A stretch of 32,000 bases of DNA from Cupriavidus necator (GCF_016127575.1 NZ_CP066019.1:2430001-2462000), one strand, 5' to 3'. Shown: positions 17,075-26,292, counted from the stretch's first letter. Notes: generated by a model not told the origin, from the letters alone. Program-made: numbers and translations.

Positions 17075-18204
17075 ATGACGACCCCGCGCCCAGATGCCAC
17101 CGCTGCACCCACGCTGACCCGCCGCGAGCTGCTGCGCTGCGCGGCCTGGTCCGGGCTGGGCATGGCCGCGTCGCTGTCGCCGCTGTCCGCGTTCAGCGCC
17201 AGCCCGGCCGCGCGGCCCGACGTGATCCGCGTCGGCGTGGCCCAGCCCGCCACCGGCACCCCGCCCGGCTTTGCCGGCAGTTCGCTGGCGATTGCCCATG
17301 CGCGCGGCTGGCTCGAGGAATCGTTCAAGCCGACCGGCACGCGCGTGGAGTGGTTTTTCTTCAAGGGCGCCGGCCCCGCCGTCAACGAGGCGCTGGCCAA
17401 CCGCCAGCTCGACTTCGCGCTGCAGGGCGACCTGCCGTCCATCGTGGCGCGCTCCGCGGGCCTGAAGACGCGGCTGGTGCTGGCCACTGGAGTGCGCGCC
17501 AACATCTACGTGGGGGTGCCGCCCGATTCGCCGCTGAAGACGGTCAGCGACCTGCGCGGCAAGCGCGTGTCGCTGTTCAAGGGCACCAACATGCATCTGC
17601 CGGCGCTGCGCCTGCTGGAAGCGAACGGGCTGTCGGACAAGGACCTGCGCCTGCTCAACCTGGACACGGCCGGCTACCTGGCGGCGCTGTCCACGCGCGA
17701 CATCGACGCCGCCATCGGCGCCATGGACATCCTGCGCCTGCGCGACAAGGGCGCGGTGCGCATCCTGTACTCCAGCAAGAACCAGTCGCCGATCTACACA
17801 CGGCAAAGCCACGTACTGGTGAGCGACGATTTCGCCGGGCGCTATCCGGAAGCCACGCAGCACCTGGTGAAGGCCGCGGTCGAGGCGGCGCGGTGGGCCT
17901 CGGACGAGAGCCATCGCGAGGAGGTGCTGCGCACCTGGGCGCGCGCGGGTACGCCTTATGACCACTGGAAGGAGGACTTCGACGGCGAGCCGCTGCGGGT
18001 GCGGCTGAACCCGAATTTCGATCCCTTCCTGGTCAGCCGCCCAAGGATGCGGTCGAGCAGGCCTATCGCTTCAAACTGAGCCGTACGCGCTTTGACGTGG
18101 ACCAGTGGATCGACCAGCGCTTCCTGAAGGCCGCACTCAACGACCTGAGCCTGCAGAGCTACTGGCCCGTCTACCAGCCCAACGGCAAGATCCTGGGAGC
18201 CTGA
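17075..18204 (+). pseudogene. SsuA-like ABC substrate-binding protein, reading frame interrupted by a 1-nt deletion near 18040
   Basis: ATG 17075 (RBS AGAAGG 17061-17066) is followed by a Tat-like signal, TRRELLR. The starting frame ends at 18079 with an unnatural tail (RPRMRSSRPIASN). The -1 frame, open from 17962, reads KDAVEQAYRFKLSRTRFDVDQWIDQRFLKAALNDLSLQSYWPVYQPNGKILGA and stops at 18204, 4 nt before the permease ATG. Confidence 0.8.
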
Positions 18205-18208
18205 CACC

Positions 18209-19045
18209 ATGTCCGTCGCCGAATCGCTTTCACTGCCCGCCGCAGCAGCACCGCGCGCGCCTTCCTCACGCAAGCCACTGCGCTGGCAGGATGCCACACG
18301 CTGGCTGCTGGCCTGGCCGGTGCCGCTGGCGCTGCTGCTGGTTTGGTACGTGGCCGCCCGCAATGCCTGGATTCCGCCGCAGGTGCTGCCCGCACCCGAA
18401 GACGTCGCACGCACGCTGGCCGACCTCTGGCAAAGCGGGGAACTGCAGGCCAACCTGGCCATCAGCGCGCTGCGCGTGGCCGGCGGCTTCGCCGTGGGGC
18501 TGGCCGGCGGCCTGGCGCTGGGCGCGGCCATGGGCCTGTCGCCGACGTTGCGCGACTACGTCTACCCGACCTTCAAGGCGTTCAGCCAGGTGCCGGTGCT
18601 GGGCTGGCTGCCGCTGCTGATGCTGCTGGTCGGCATCGACGAAGCGCTCAAGGTGATCCTGATCGCCAAGGCCGCCTTCGTGCCGGTGGCGCTGAACACG
18701 TACAAGGGCATCGGCAGCGTGCCGACCCGCTACCTGGAAGTGGCGCGGGTGCTGCAGCTCACGCGCTGGCAGACGCTGTCGCGCGTGGTGCTGCCCGCCG
18801 CGGCCGCGCCGGTGTGGAACGGCGTGCGCTACGGCCTTACGCACGCATGGCTGGCGCTGGTGGTGGTGGAGCTGCTGGCCTCGTCCGAGGGGCTGGGCTA
18901 CATGATCGTCTACGGGCGCCAGCTGTTCCAGCTCGACATGGTGCTGGCCGCCGTGGTGGTGGTGGGCGTGGTGGGCTTTGCGCTGGACAAGACGCTGGCG
19001 CTGGCCGAAGGCGCGGTGCTGCGCTGGCGCAAGCCGGGCTTCTGA
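18209..19045 (+). CDS. ABC transporter permease (SsuC/TauC family), first of two
   Basis: The 278-aa polytopic product has a GGGAG RBS and shows paralogy to the permease at 11135..12016. Confidence 0.9.
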   Translation: MSVAESLSLPAAAAPRAPSSRKPLRWQDATRWLLAWPVPLALLLVWYVAARNAWIPPQVLPAPEDVARTLADLWQSGELQANLAISALRVAGGFAVGLAGGLALGAAMGLSPTLRDYVYPTFKAFSQVPVLGWLPLLMLLVGIDEALKVILIAKAAFVPVALNTYKGIGSVPTRYLEVARVLQLTRWQTLSRVVLPAAAAPVWNGVRYGLTHAWLALVVVELLASSEGLGYMIVYGRQLFQLDMVLAAVVVVGVVGFALDKTLALAEGAVLRWRKPGF

Positions 19046-19057
19046 GGCGAGGCCGCG

Positions 19058-19855
19058 ATGACCACGTCCGCTATCCGCCCCCGTATTCGCCTGCACCGCG
19101 CCTTGCGCGGCTGGGTGCTGCCGCTCGCGCTGCTCGCGCTGTGGTGGGCCGCCGTGCGCTTTGGCTGGACCACTTCGCCGCTGCTGGTGCCGGTATCCAG
19201 CGTCTGGGACACCGCGGTGCGCCAGCTGCAGAGCGGCGCGCTGGCCACGGCATTGGCCGCCAGCCTGTGGCGCGACCTGGCCGGCTTTGCCATCGGCGCC
19301 AGCGCCGGGCTGGTGTTCGGCACGGCGCTGGGCCTGTCGCGCCTGTTCGAACGCATGGTCGGTCCGAGCTTTCACACGGTCAAGCAGATCTCGCTGTTTG
19401 CATGGATCCCGCTGATCTCGGTCTGGTTCGGGCTGGGCGATGCCGCCAAGGTGGTGTTCCTGTCGCTGGCCGCATTCTTCCCGGTGGTGCTGAACACCTT
19501 CGAAGGCATCCGCGCCGTGCCGGCGGACCTGCTCGAGGTTGCGCGCGTCCTGCGATTCAGCCGCACCCAGGTGCTGTGGCGCGTGGTGCTGCCGTCGGCG
19601 GCGCCGTCGATCTTCGCCGGCATCCACCTGGGGCTGATCTATGCGTGGCTGGCCACGCTCGGCGCCGAGTACCTGCTGGTATCCGGCAAGGGCATCGGCA
19701 ACACCATGACCGACGGCCGCGAGAACTTCTGGATGGACCTGGTGATCTTCGGCGTGATCGTGGTCGGCCTGGTCGGCTTCACGCTGAACTGGATTGCCAG
19801 CCGCATCGAATCGCGCCTGCTCGCCTGGCGCGGGCGCTCGGTGGCAGCGGGCTGA
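19058..19855 (+). CDS. ABC transporter permease (SsuC/TauC family), second of two
   Basis: The 265-aa polytopic product has an EAA-like loop (LLEVARVLRFSRTQVLWRVVLPSAAP). Confidence 0.9.
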   Translation: MTTSAIRPRIRLHRALRGWVLPLALLALWWAAVRFGWTTSPLLVPVSSVWDTAVRQLQSGALATALAASLWRDLAGFAIGASAGLVFGTALGLSRLFERMVGPSFHTVKQISLFAWIPLISVWFGLGDAAKVVFLSLAAFFPVVLNTFEGIRAVPADLLEVARVLRFSRTQVLWRVVLPSAAPSIFAGIHLGLIYAWLATLGAEYLLVSGKGIGNTMTDGRENFWMDLVIFGVIVVGLVGFTLNWIASRIESRLLAWRGRSVAAG

Positions 19856-19888
19856 GCCACGCTGCACCTTATTGAACGGAGACTGCAA

Positions 19889-20684
19889 ATGCCACATGCC
19901 GGCACGCTAAGCATCGCGCACCTGCACAAGCAGTACGAAGTCGAGGGCCGGGCGCTGCCCGTGCTCGAGGACATCACCCTGACCATCGCCCCGGGAGAGT
20001 TCGTCAGCATCGTCGGCGCCAGCGGCTGCGGCAAGTCCACCCTGCTGCGGCTGGTGGTGGGCCTGGAAGAGGACTACCGCGGCAAGATCCTGCTGGACGG
20101 CAAGCGCGTATCGGGCACCAGCCTGCAGCGCGGCATCGTGTTCCAGGAGCATCGCCTGTTTCCCATGGCTGTCGGTGGAACAGAACATCCGGCTGGCGCT
20201 GCTCAACACGCCGGGCAGCGACGCGGAGAAAGACCGCAACGTTGCCGAGCATATCGCGCTGGTTGGCCTGCGCGGCTTCGAGCAGGCCTATCCGCACCAG
20301 CTCTCTGGCGGCATGTCGCAGCGCGTGGCGATTGCGCGGGCACTGGTGACGCGCCCCGAGATCCTGCTGCTCGACGAGCCCTTCGGCGCGCTCGACGCGA
20401 TGACGCGGGCCTACCTGCAGCAGGAACTGCAGCGCATCTGGCAGGCCGAGGGCATCACCATGATCCTGGTCACCCACGATGTCGAGGAAGCCGTCTTCCT
20501 GGGCGACCGCGTGGTGGTGATGGAACCCCGGCCCGGCCGCATCCGCCGCATCCTGCCGGTGGACCTGCCGCATCCGCGCGAACGCGCCGGACTTCCCTTC
20601 GCGCGCGTGCGCGATGCCGTGCTGCGCGAATTCGCCGGGCCGGAGCCTGTCGTGCAGCGGACCCCCGAACCTGAACTCGCCTGA
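19889..20684 (+). pseudogene. ABC transporter ATP-binding protein, frame interrupted by a 1-nt insertion at the CCC run 20162-20164 (or A 20165)
   Basis: Walker [10 protein letters not shown] and the Q-loop FQEHRLFP are in the starting frame. From 20166 the +1 frame reads [10 protein letters not shown]...[15 protein letters not shown]...[12 protein letters not shown] (signature and Walker B). The in-window paralog has the collinear sequence FQEFDQLPPWQTVAQN. Confidence 0.85.
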
Positions 20685-20715
20685 CCCAACCCTCTTACAT
20701 CCCCGGAGCTTCGCG

Positions 20716-21678
20716 ATGACCCAAGCCAACGCCACGCAAGACCAGACCGTCCAGCTCGACATCCACCCGGTTGCCGGCCGCATCGGCGCCGAGATCCGCG
20801 GCGTCGCGCTGCACGGCGACCTGCCGCCCGCCACCTTCGCCGCCATCCGCGCAGCCTTGCTCAGGCACAAGGTGCTGTTCTTCCGCGACCAGGTCCATCT
20901 GGACGATGCCGCGCAGCAGGGCTTTGCGCGCCTGTTCGGCGACACCGTGCCGCACCCGACCGTGCCCTCGCGCGACGGCACGCAACTGCTTGAGCTCGAC
21001 TCGCAGCACGGCGGCCGCGCCAATTCCTGGCATACCGACGTGACCTTCGACCTGGCCTACCCCGCGGTCTCGGTGCTGCGCGCCGTGACCGTTCCCGCCG
21101 CCGGCGGCGACACGGTGTGGGCCAACACCGCTGCCGCGTACCAGGACCTGCCCGAGCCGCTGCGCGAACTGGCCGACAAGCTGTGGGCACTGCACACCAA
21201 CGACTACGACTACGCGGCCACGCGCGTCAATCCGAGCGACGAAGGGTTGAAGCGCTACCGCGAGCTATTTACCTCGGCGCTCTACGAGACCGAGCACCCG
21301 GTGGTGCGCGTGCATCCGGAAACCGGTGAACGCACGCTGGTGCTGGGCCACTTCGTCAAGAAGCTGCTGGACTACTCGTCGGCCGATTCGGCGCACCTGA
21401 TTGCCGTGCTGCAGGGCCATGTGCACCGGCTGGAGAACACCGTGCGCTGGCGCTGGCGCGCGGGCGACGTCGCCATCTGGGACAACCGCGCCACCCAGCA
21501 CTACGCCATCAACGACTATGGCGACGCGCACCGCGTGGTACGCCGGGCCACCGTGGCCGGCGACATCCCGGTCGGCGTGGATGGCCGCCGCAGCAAGGCG
21601 GTGAAGGCGGGCGTGCGCAACGAAGGCGCGGCGCCGGCCAACCAGTCCGCCGGTGCCGCGCAACGGCAAGCGGCCTGA
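20716..21678 (+). CDS. TauD/TfdA family Fe(II)/2-oxoglutarate dioxygenase (AtsK/alkylsulfatase- or sulfonate-dioxygenase-like)
   Basis: ATG 20716 with a CCGGAG RBS. The iron ligands lie in SWHTDVTF and AIWDNRATQHYA. The 320-aa product has a low-complexity Ala/Gln-rich C-terminal tail. Confidence 0.9.
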   Translation: MTQANATQDQTVQLDIHPVAGRIGAEIRGVALHGDLPPATFAAIRAALLRHKVLFFRDQVHLDDAAQQGFARLFGDTVPHPTVPSRDGTQLLELDSQHGGRANSWHTDVTFDLAYPAVSVLRAVTVPAAGGDTVWANTAAAYQDLPEPLRELADKLWALHTNDYDYAATRVNPSDEGLKRYRELFTSALYETEHPVVRVHPETGERTLVLGHFVKKLLDYSSADSAHLIAVLQGHVHRLENTVRWRWRAGDVAIWDNRATQHYAINDYGDAHRVVRRATVAGDIPVGVDGRRSKAVKAGVRNEGAAPANQSAGAAQRQAA

Positions 21679-21709
21679 TTTGGCCAGTTGCTTCCGGGGA
21701 GCACGATCC

Positions 21710-23083
21710 ATGTCACAGCAAAAGCCGGCGCGCCAGCTGCATCTGGGCGCCTTTCTCCAGGCCACCGGGCACCATGTCGCCGGGTGGCGCCATCCGGGCG
21801 CGCAGGCCGATGCCGGGCGCAACCTGGCGCACTACATCGCGCTGGCGCAGCGCGCCGAGGCCGCGGGGTTCGATGCGCTGTTCCTGGCGGACGGCGTTGC
21901 CATCCGCGGCATGGATGATGCCACCCTGCCGCGCACCGCGCGCGCCGCCACCTTCGAGCCGCTGACACTGCTGTCGGCACTGGCGGCAGTGACGCAGCGC
22001 ATCGGCCTGGTTGCGACCGTCTCCACCACCTACAACGAGCCCTTTCATGTGGCGCGAAAGTTCGCCTCGCTCGACCACCTCAGCGGCGGCCGCGCGGGCT
22101 GGAACGTGGTGACGTCGTGGTCGGATGCCGAAGCGCGCAACTTCAGCCTCGAACGTCATCCCGCGCACGCGGATCGCTACGCCCGCGCCGAAGAGTTTGT
22201 CGACGTGGTCACCGGGCTGTGGGACACCTGGGAGGACGATGCCTTCCTGTATGACAAGGACAGCGGCCGGCATTTCGATGCGGACAAGCTGCACACGCTC
22301 GACCATCGCGGCGCGCACTTCCAGGTGCACGGACCGCTCAACGTCGCGCGCCCGCCGCAGGGCCATCCGGTGATCGTGCAGGCTGGCTCGTCGGAGGCCG
22401 GGCAGGAACTGGCGGCCCGCACCGCCGAGGTCATCTTCACCGCGCAGCAGTCGCTGGCCGATGCGCAGGCCTTCTATCGTGGCCTGAAAGCGCGGCTCGC
22501 GCGCTATGGCCGCACGTTTGATCAACTCAAGATCCTGCCTGGCGTGTTCCCGGTGGTGGGCCGCAGCGAGGCCGAGGCGCAGGAGAGGTTCGAAGCGCTG
22601 CAAAGCCTGATCCATCCATCGGTGGGGCTGGCCCTGCTGTCGCAGCACCTGGGCGGGATCGACCTGAGCGGCTATCCGCTGGACGGCCCGCTGCCCGACA
22701 ACCTGGCCGAACCGAACGGCGCCAAGAGCCGCTTCCAGCTGGTTACCGGCCTGGCCCGTCGCGACGGGCTCACCATCCGCCAGCTGTGCCTGCGCGTGGC
22801 CACCGCGCGCGGCCATTGGTCGATCCACGGCACGCCGCAGTCCATCGCCGACCAGCTGCAGGCGTGGTTCGAGGGTGAGGCCGCCGACGGCTTCAACGTG
22901 ATGCCGCCCTGGCTGCCGGGCGGGCTCGATGACTTCATCGAACTGGTGCTGCCGGAACTGCGCCGGCGCGGGCTCTTTCGCGAGCGCTATACGGGCACCA
23001 CGCTGCGCGAGCACCTGGGGCTGCGCCGGCCCGAGAACCTGCGCTGGCGGCAGGTCGAACCACCGCTCGCGGTCGGGGCATGA
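21710..23083 (+). CDS. LLM-class FMN-dependent monooxygenase, NtaA/SnaA/DszA family
   Basis: ATG 21710 with a GGGGAG RBS. The 457-aa product has the N-terminus QLHLGAFLQATGHHVAGWRHP, typical of the long (about 450 aa) NtaA/DszA branch rather than SsuD. Confidence 0.88.
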   Translation: MSQQKPARQLHLGAFLQATGHHVAGWRHPGAQADAGRNLAHYIALAQRAEAAGFDALFLADGVAIRGMDDATLPRTARAATFEPLTLLSALAAVTQRIGLVATVSTTYNEPFHVARKFASLDHLSGGRAGWNVVTSWSDAEARNFSLERHPAHADRYARAEEFVDVVTGLWDTWEDDAFLYDKDSGRHFDADKLHTLDHRGAHFQVHGPLNVARPPQGHPVIVQAGSSEAGQELAARTAEVIFTAQQSLADAQAFYRGLKARLARYGRTFDQLKILPGVFPVVGRSEAEAQERFEALQSLIHPSVGLALLSQHLGGIDLSGYPLDGPLPDNLAEPNGAKSRFQLVTGLARRDGLTIRQLCLRVATARGHWSIHGTPQSIADQLQAWFEGEAADGFNVMPPWLPGGLDDFIELVLPELRRRGLFRERYTGTTLREHLGLRRPENLRWRQVEPPLAVGA

Positions 23084-23313
23084 CCGCTGCGCTGCGGCGC
23101 CGCGCATATCCAAATGCAATAAGCTTCCTTGCCTCGCGCGAGCGCCGTCGGCAACCATAGCGGCCACGCCGCAGGGGCGTGCGCGGGCCGGCTGGTACCA
23201 TCGCACGGCCTGGTGCGCCCGCGCGGCGCACCGCTCGGCATGCCCGGCGCCATGGCAGGCACTGCCCCGTCGCGCCGGTCCGGCACCCAACAGCGAGACG
23301 AAGAGAGAAGAAG

Positions 23314-24588
23314 ATGAGACTCGAAACCCTGGCCGTCCATGGCGGCTATTCGCCCGATCCCACCACGCGCGCGGTGGCCGTGCCCATCTACCAGACGGTG
23401 GCCTACGCCTTCGACAGCGCCCAGCACGGCGCCGACCTGTTCGACCTGAAGGTGGCCGGCAATATCTACAGCCGCATCATGAACCCGACCAACGACGTGC
23501 TCGAGCAGCGCCTGGCCGCGCTCGAGGGCGGCGTGGGCGCACTGGCGCTGGCGTCCGGCATGGCGGCAATCACGTATGCGATCCAGACCATTGCCGAGGC
23601 CGGCGACAACATCGTCTCGTCGAGCCAGCTCTATGGCGGCACCTACAACCTGCTGGCGCACACGCTGCCGCAGTCCGGCATCGAGACCCGCTTTGCCGAT
23701 GGCCGCAACCCGGCCAGCTTCGGCGACCTGATCGACGCGCGCACCAAGGCGATCTTCGTGGAGTCGGTGGGCAACCCGCTCGGCAACGTGGTCGATATCG
23801 AAGCCATCGCGCGCGTGGCGCACAACCACGGCGTGCCGCTGATCGTCGACAACACGGTGCCGTCGCCCTACCTGTGCCGTCCGTTCGAGCATGGCGCGGA
23901 TATCGTGGTGCATTCGCTGACCAAGTACCTGGGCGGCCACGGCAACAGCGTCGGCGGCGCCATCATCGACAGCGGCAAGTTCCCCTGGGCCCAGCACAAG
24001 GAACGCTTCAAGCGCCTGAACGAGCCCGACGTCTCCTATCACGGCGTGGTCTACACCGAGGCGCTGGGCCCTGCCGCCTATATCGGCCGCGCGCGCGTGG
24101 TGCCGCTGCGCAATACCGGCGCGGCGCTGTCGCCGTTCAATGCCTTCCTGATCCTGCAAGGCATCGAAACCCTGGCGCTGCGGCTGGACCGCATCACCGA
24201 GAACGCGCTGGCGATTGCCCGCCACCTGCAGCAGCATGCCAAGGTGGACTGGGTCAACTTTGCCGGCCTGCCCGACCATGCCGACCACGCGCTGGTGCAG
24301 AAGTACCTGGGTGGGCGCGGTCCCGGCATTCTGTCGTTCGGCCTGAAGCAAGGCGGCCGTGAAGGCGGCGCGCGCTTCCTGGACGCGCTGCAGCTGTTCA
24401 CGCGGCTGGTCAACATCGGCGATGCCAAGTCGCTGGCCACGCATCCGGCGTCGACCACGCATCGGCAACTCAATGCGGAGGAACTGAAGGCAGCGGGCGT
24501 CAGTGAGGACATGGTGCGGCTGTCGGTCGGCATCGAGCATATCGATGACCTGATCGAGGACCTGGATCGCGCGCTGGCGGCGGCCTGA
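23314..24588 (+). CDS. metY: O-acetylhomoserine aminocarboxypropyltransferase (sulfhydrylase)
   Basis: The 424-aa product starts [12 protein letters not shown], has the PLP-lysine context [10 protein letters not shown], and has a Cys/Met-metabolism PLP enzyme family C-terminus. Confidence 0.9.
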   Translation: MRLETLAVHGGYSPDPTTRAVAVPIYQTVAYAFDSAQHGADLFDLKVAGNIYSRIMNPTNDVLEQRLAALEGGVGALALASGMAAITYAIQTIAEAGDNIVSSSQLYGGTYNLLAHTLPQSGIETRFADGRNPASFGDLIDARTKAIFVESVGNPLGNVVDIEAIARVAHNHGVPLIVDNTVPSPYLCRPFEHGADIVVHSLTKYLGGHGNSVGGAIIDSGKFPWAQHKERFKRLNEPDVSYHGVVYTEALGPAAYIGRARVVPLRNTGAALSPFNAFLILQGIETLALRLDRITENALAIARHLQQHAKVDWVNFAGLPDHADHALVQKYLGGRGPGILSFGLKQGGREGGARFLDALQLFTRLVNIGDAKSLATHPASTTHRQLNAEELKAAGVSEDMVRLSVGIEHIDDLIEDLDRALAAA

Positions 24589-24619
24589 CCGCAGGCTACC
24601 GACGTCAGAGCGACCCGCT

Positions 24620-24667
24620 GGTTTGCTCCCCTCTCCCGCTCGCGGGAGAGGGGCAGGGGGTGAGGGC
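24620..24667. repeat. REP-like extragenic palindrome, copy A
   Basis: GGTTTGCTCCCCTCTCCCGCTCGCGGGAGAGGGGCAGGGGGTGAGGGC. The arm CCCCTCTCCCGC (24628-24639) pairs perfectly with GCGGGAGAGGGG (24642-24653). It matches the reverse complement of copy B over about 37 nt with 2 mismatches. Confidence 0.8.
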
Positions 24668-24693
24668 AGGCGGTCGCATACCGCCAGCACAAC

Positions 24694-25653
24694 CTACCCC
24701 CCACCACGCTTGCCGTGCGCCTCCAGCACAAAGTAGCCGATCGCCCCGATCATCAGCGGAATCAGGTAATACATCGCGCGATACGCAATCAGCGCCGCCA
24801 GCAGCAGCCCGTGCGGCACCTGGCCGCCCAGCATCGTCAGGAACACGGTCTCGATCACGCCGAGGCCCCCGGGGATCCGCACCACCACGCCCGCCAGCCC
24901 CGACGCGAGCAATACCCCAAGCACCGTGAAGTACCCCGCATGCGTATGCAGCAGCGAAAACAGGATCGCCGCCATTGCCATCCAGTGCGCCGCCGACAAG
25001 AGGATTTGCAGCGCCGCGAAGCCGACCGACGGAACGTAGATATCGTGGTCGCGCACGGTCCGGTGCCGGCCGTGCCAGGTGGCACAGGCAGCCAGGTAGG
25101 CAGCCGGCACCGCCAGCATCAGCGCGCCCAGCACCCGTGTCAGCGCGGCGGGAACGCCCCACTCGGGCGGCAGCACCACCAGCTGCGCCACCAGGATGCC
25201 CCCCGCCAGCAAGGCATAGCCGAGCCAGTTGCTGCTCACCACCACCACGAACAGGCTCCAGATCTGCGGCAGGGTCAGCCCGGCGCGCGTGTACAGGCGA
25301 TAGCGCACGCCCGCGCCGCCCAGCGTGGCCCCGAGGTTGAGGCTGAGCGTGTAGCTGACATAAGAGATCGCCATCACCCGCCGCGCCGGCAACGGGTGTC
25401 CGGCATAGTGGCAGCCGAGGCGGTCGAACTGGCTGTACAACAAGCCGCTCAGCGCAACGAAGGCCGCCGCCGGCGCCAGCGTGCGGGCGTTGAAGCCGCG
25501 CAGCGCGGCCAGCACCGCGTCCCAGTCGATGGTGCCCAGCTTGCGCGCGATCAGCGCCAGCACCGCGGCAATGAACAGGATGCCGATGGCACGGCGCCAC
25601 GCGGGCCAGTGCGCGTGCTGGCGGATGGCCGAGAAGGTCGTCGCGCCCATCAT
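24694..25653 (-). CDS. YbhN/UPF0104 family (lysylphosphatidylglycerol-synthase-TM-like, flippase-like) membrane protein
   Basis: ATG 25653 is preceded by GAGGGGAGG. The 319-aa product has about 8 hydrophobic helices and a conserved RIPGGLGVIE-type motif. Confidence 0.75.
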   Translation of the reverse strand: MMGATTFSAIRQHAHWPAWRRAIGILFIAAVLALIARKLGTIDWDAVLAALRGFNARTLAPAAAFVALSGLLYSQFDRLGCHYAGHPLPARRVMAISYVSYTLSLNLGATLGGAGVRYRLYTRAGLTLPQIWSLFVVVVSSNWLGYALLAGGILVAQLVVLPPEWGVPAALTRVLGALMLAVPAAYLAACATWHGRHRTVRDHDIYVPSVGFAALQILLSAAHWMAMAAILFSLLHTHAGYFTVLGVLLASGLAGVVVRIPGGLGVIETVFLTMLGGQVPHGLLLAALIAYRAMYYLIPLMIGAIGYFVLEAHGKRGGG

Positions 25654-25694
25654 TGCGCGCCTCCCCTCGTCGCCGCGCACCGCAAAACCGGCGT

Positions 25695-25712
25695 CAGGAA
25701 TGTGCAGGAATG
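25695..25712. repeat. tandem direct repeat CAGGAATG-TG-CAGGAATG upstream of the YbhN-like gene
   Basis: Two exact 8-mers lie 10 bp apart (one helical turn), 42-59 bp upstream of ATG 25653. Confidence 0.3.
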
Positions 25713-25935
25713 CAAGCCTGCGCGCGCCAGCCCGGCATGCAATTTCTGGCCTGCCTCGGCTTCAAACAGGATAAAAGTTTCCGGCAGTGCGCTTTCGCGC
25801 GCGCACGGGATGGCGCCGGCCCCGCACGACAGGCGCCGCTCTGCGCCGTGCCCTGGCCGGCGGAAACGATTGGAGGCGGACTGCATCGGTGTCATGACCT
25901 GAGAAAGCCGCAAACACCGTGCCAGCACGGGCACG

Positions 25936-26292
25936 TCAACCACGGCCACGGCTGCGCCGCCAGCGCGCCAGGGCTGCGGCCGCCAGCGCACCAGCGGCAA
26001 GCCCGGCAATGAACACCGCGGCAGTGGTCCCCTCCCAGCCCGCCGCGGCCGCAACATCTGCACGGCCCCGCGCAAGGGGCGCGAGCGACTGCCAGTCGGC
26101 AGCCGTGAACTGCGTCATCGCCTGCGCCCCGTCCAGGCCATACACGCAGATCTCCCCGCCCGGCAGCTTGCAGAAGCGCTCGCGCGGGCAGGCCTTGAGG
26201 ATGGCCTGCGGGGCGCCCTCGCCGCAGCTGGCCCCGGCGCTGCGCAAGACCTGGATCGTGACTTCGGGATGCCGGGTAAGTTGTTCGGGCAT
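25936..26292 (-). CDS. hypothetical small protein with a C-terminal transmembrane anchor (118 aa)
   Basis: ATG 26292 has GGAGG 6 nt upstream. The soluble N-terminal part contains 4 Cys, followed by the hydrophobic helix TTAAVFIAGLAAGALAAAALA and a basic tail RWRRSRGRG. No family was recognised. Confidence 0.5.
   Translation of the reverse strand: MPEQLTRHPEVTIQVLRSAGASCGEGAPQAILKACPRERFCKLPGGEICVYGLDGAQAMTQFTAADWQSLAPLARGRADVAAAAGWEGTTAAVFIAGLAAGALAAAALARWRRSRGRG

Noticed and set aside
17962-20180. Programmed ribosomal frameshifting as the explanation for the two broken ABC genes.
   Set aside because: There is no X-XXY-YYZ slippery heptamer near 18040, and no stop-codon or rare-codon plus SD-like +1 context near 20165. 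Simple indels at CCC runs explain both.
23140-23225. Possible SAM-I-type riboswitch upstream of metY, because GGCAACC and GGUGC occur in the right order.
   Set aside because: The P1 (UCUUAUCAAGAG), kink-turn (GAGGGA) and J4/1 (AAGAUGAG) elements are absent, and the spacing between the two boxes is far larger than a normal P3.
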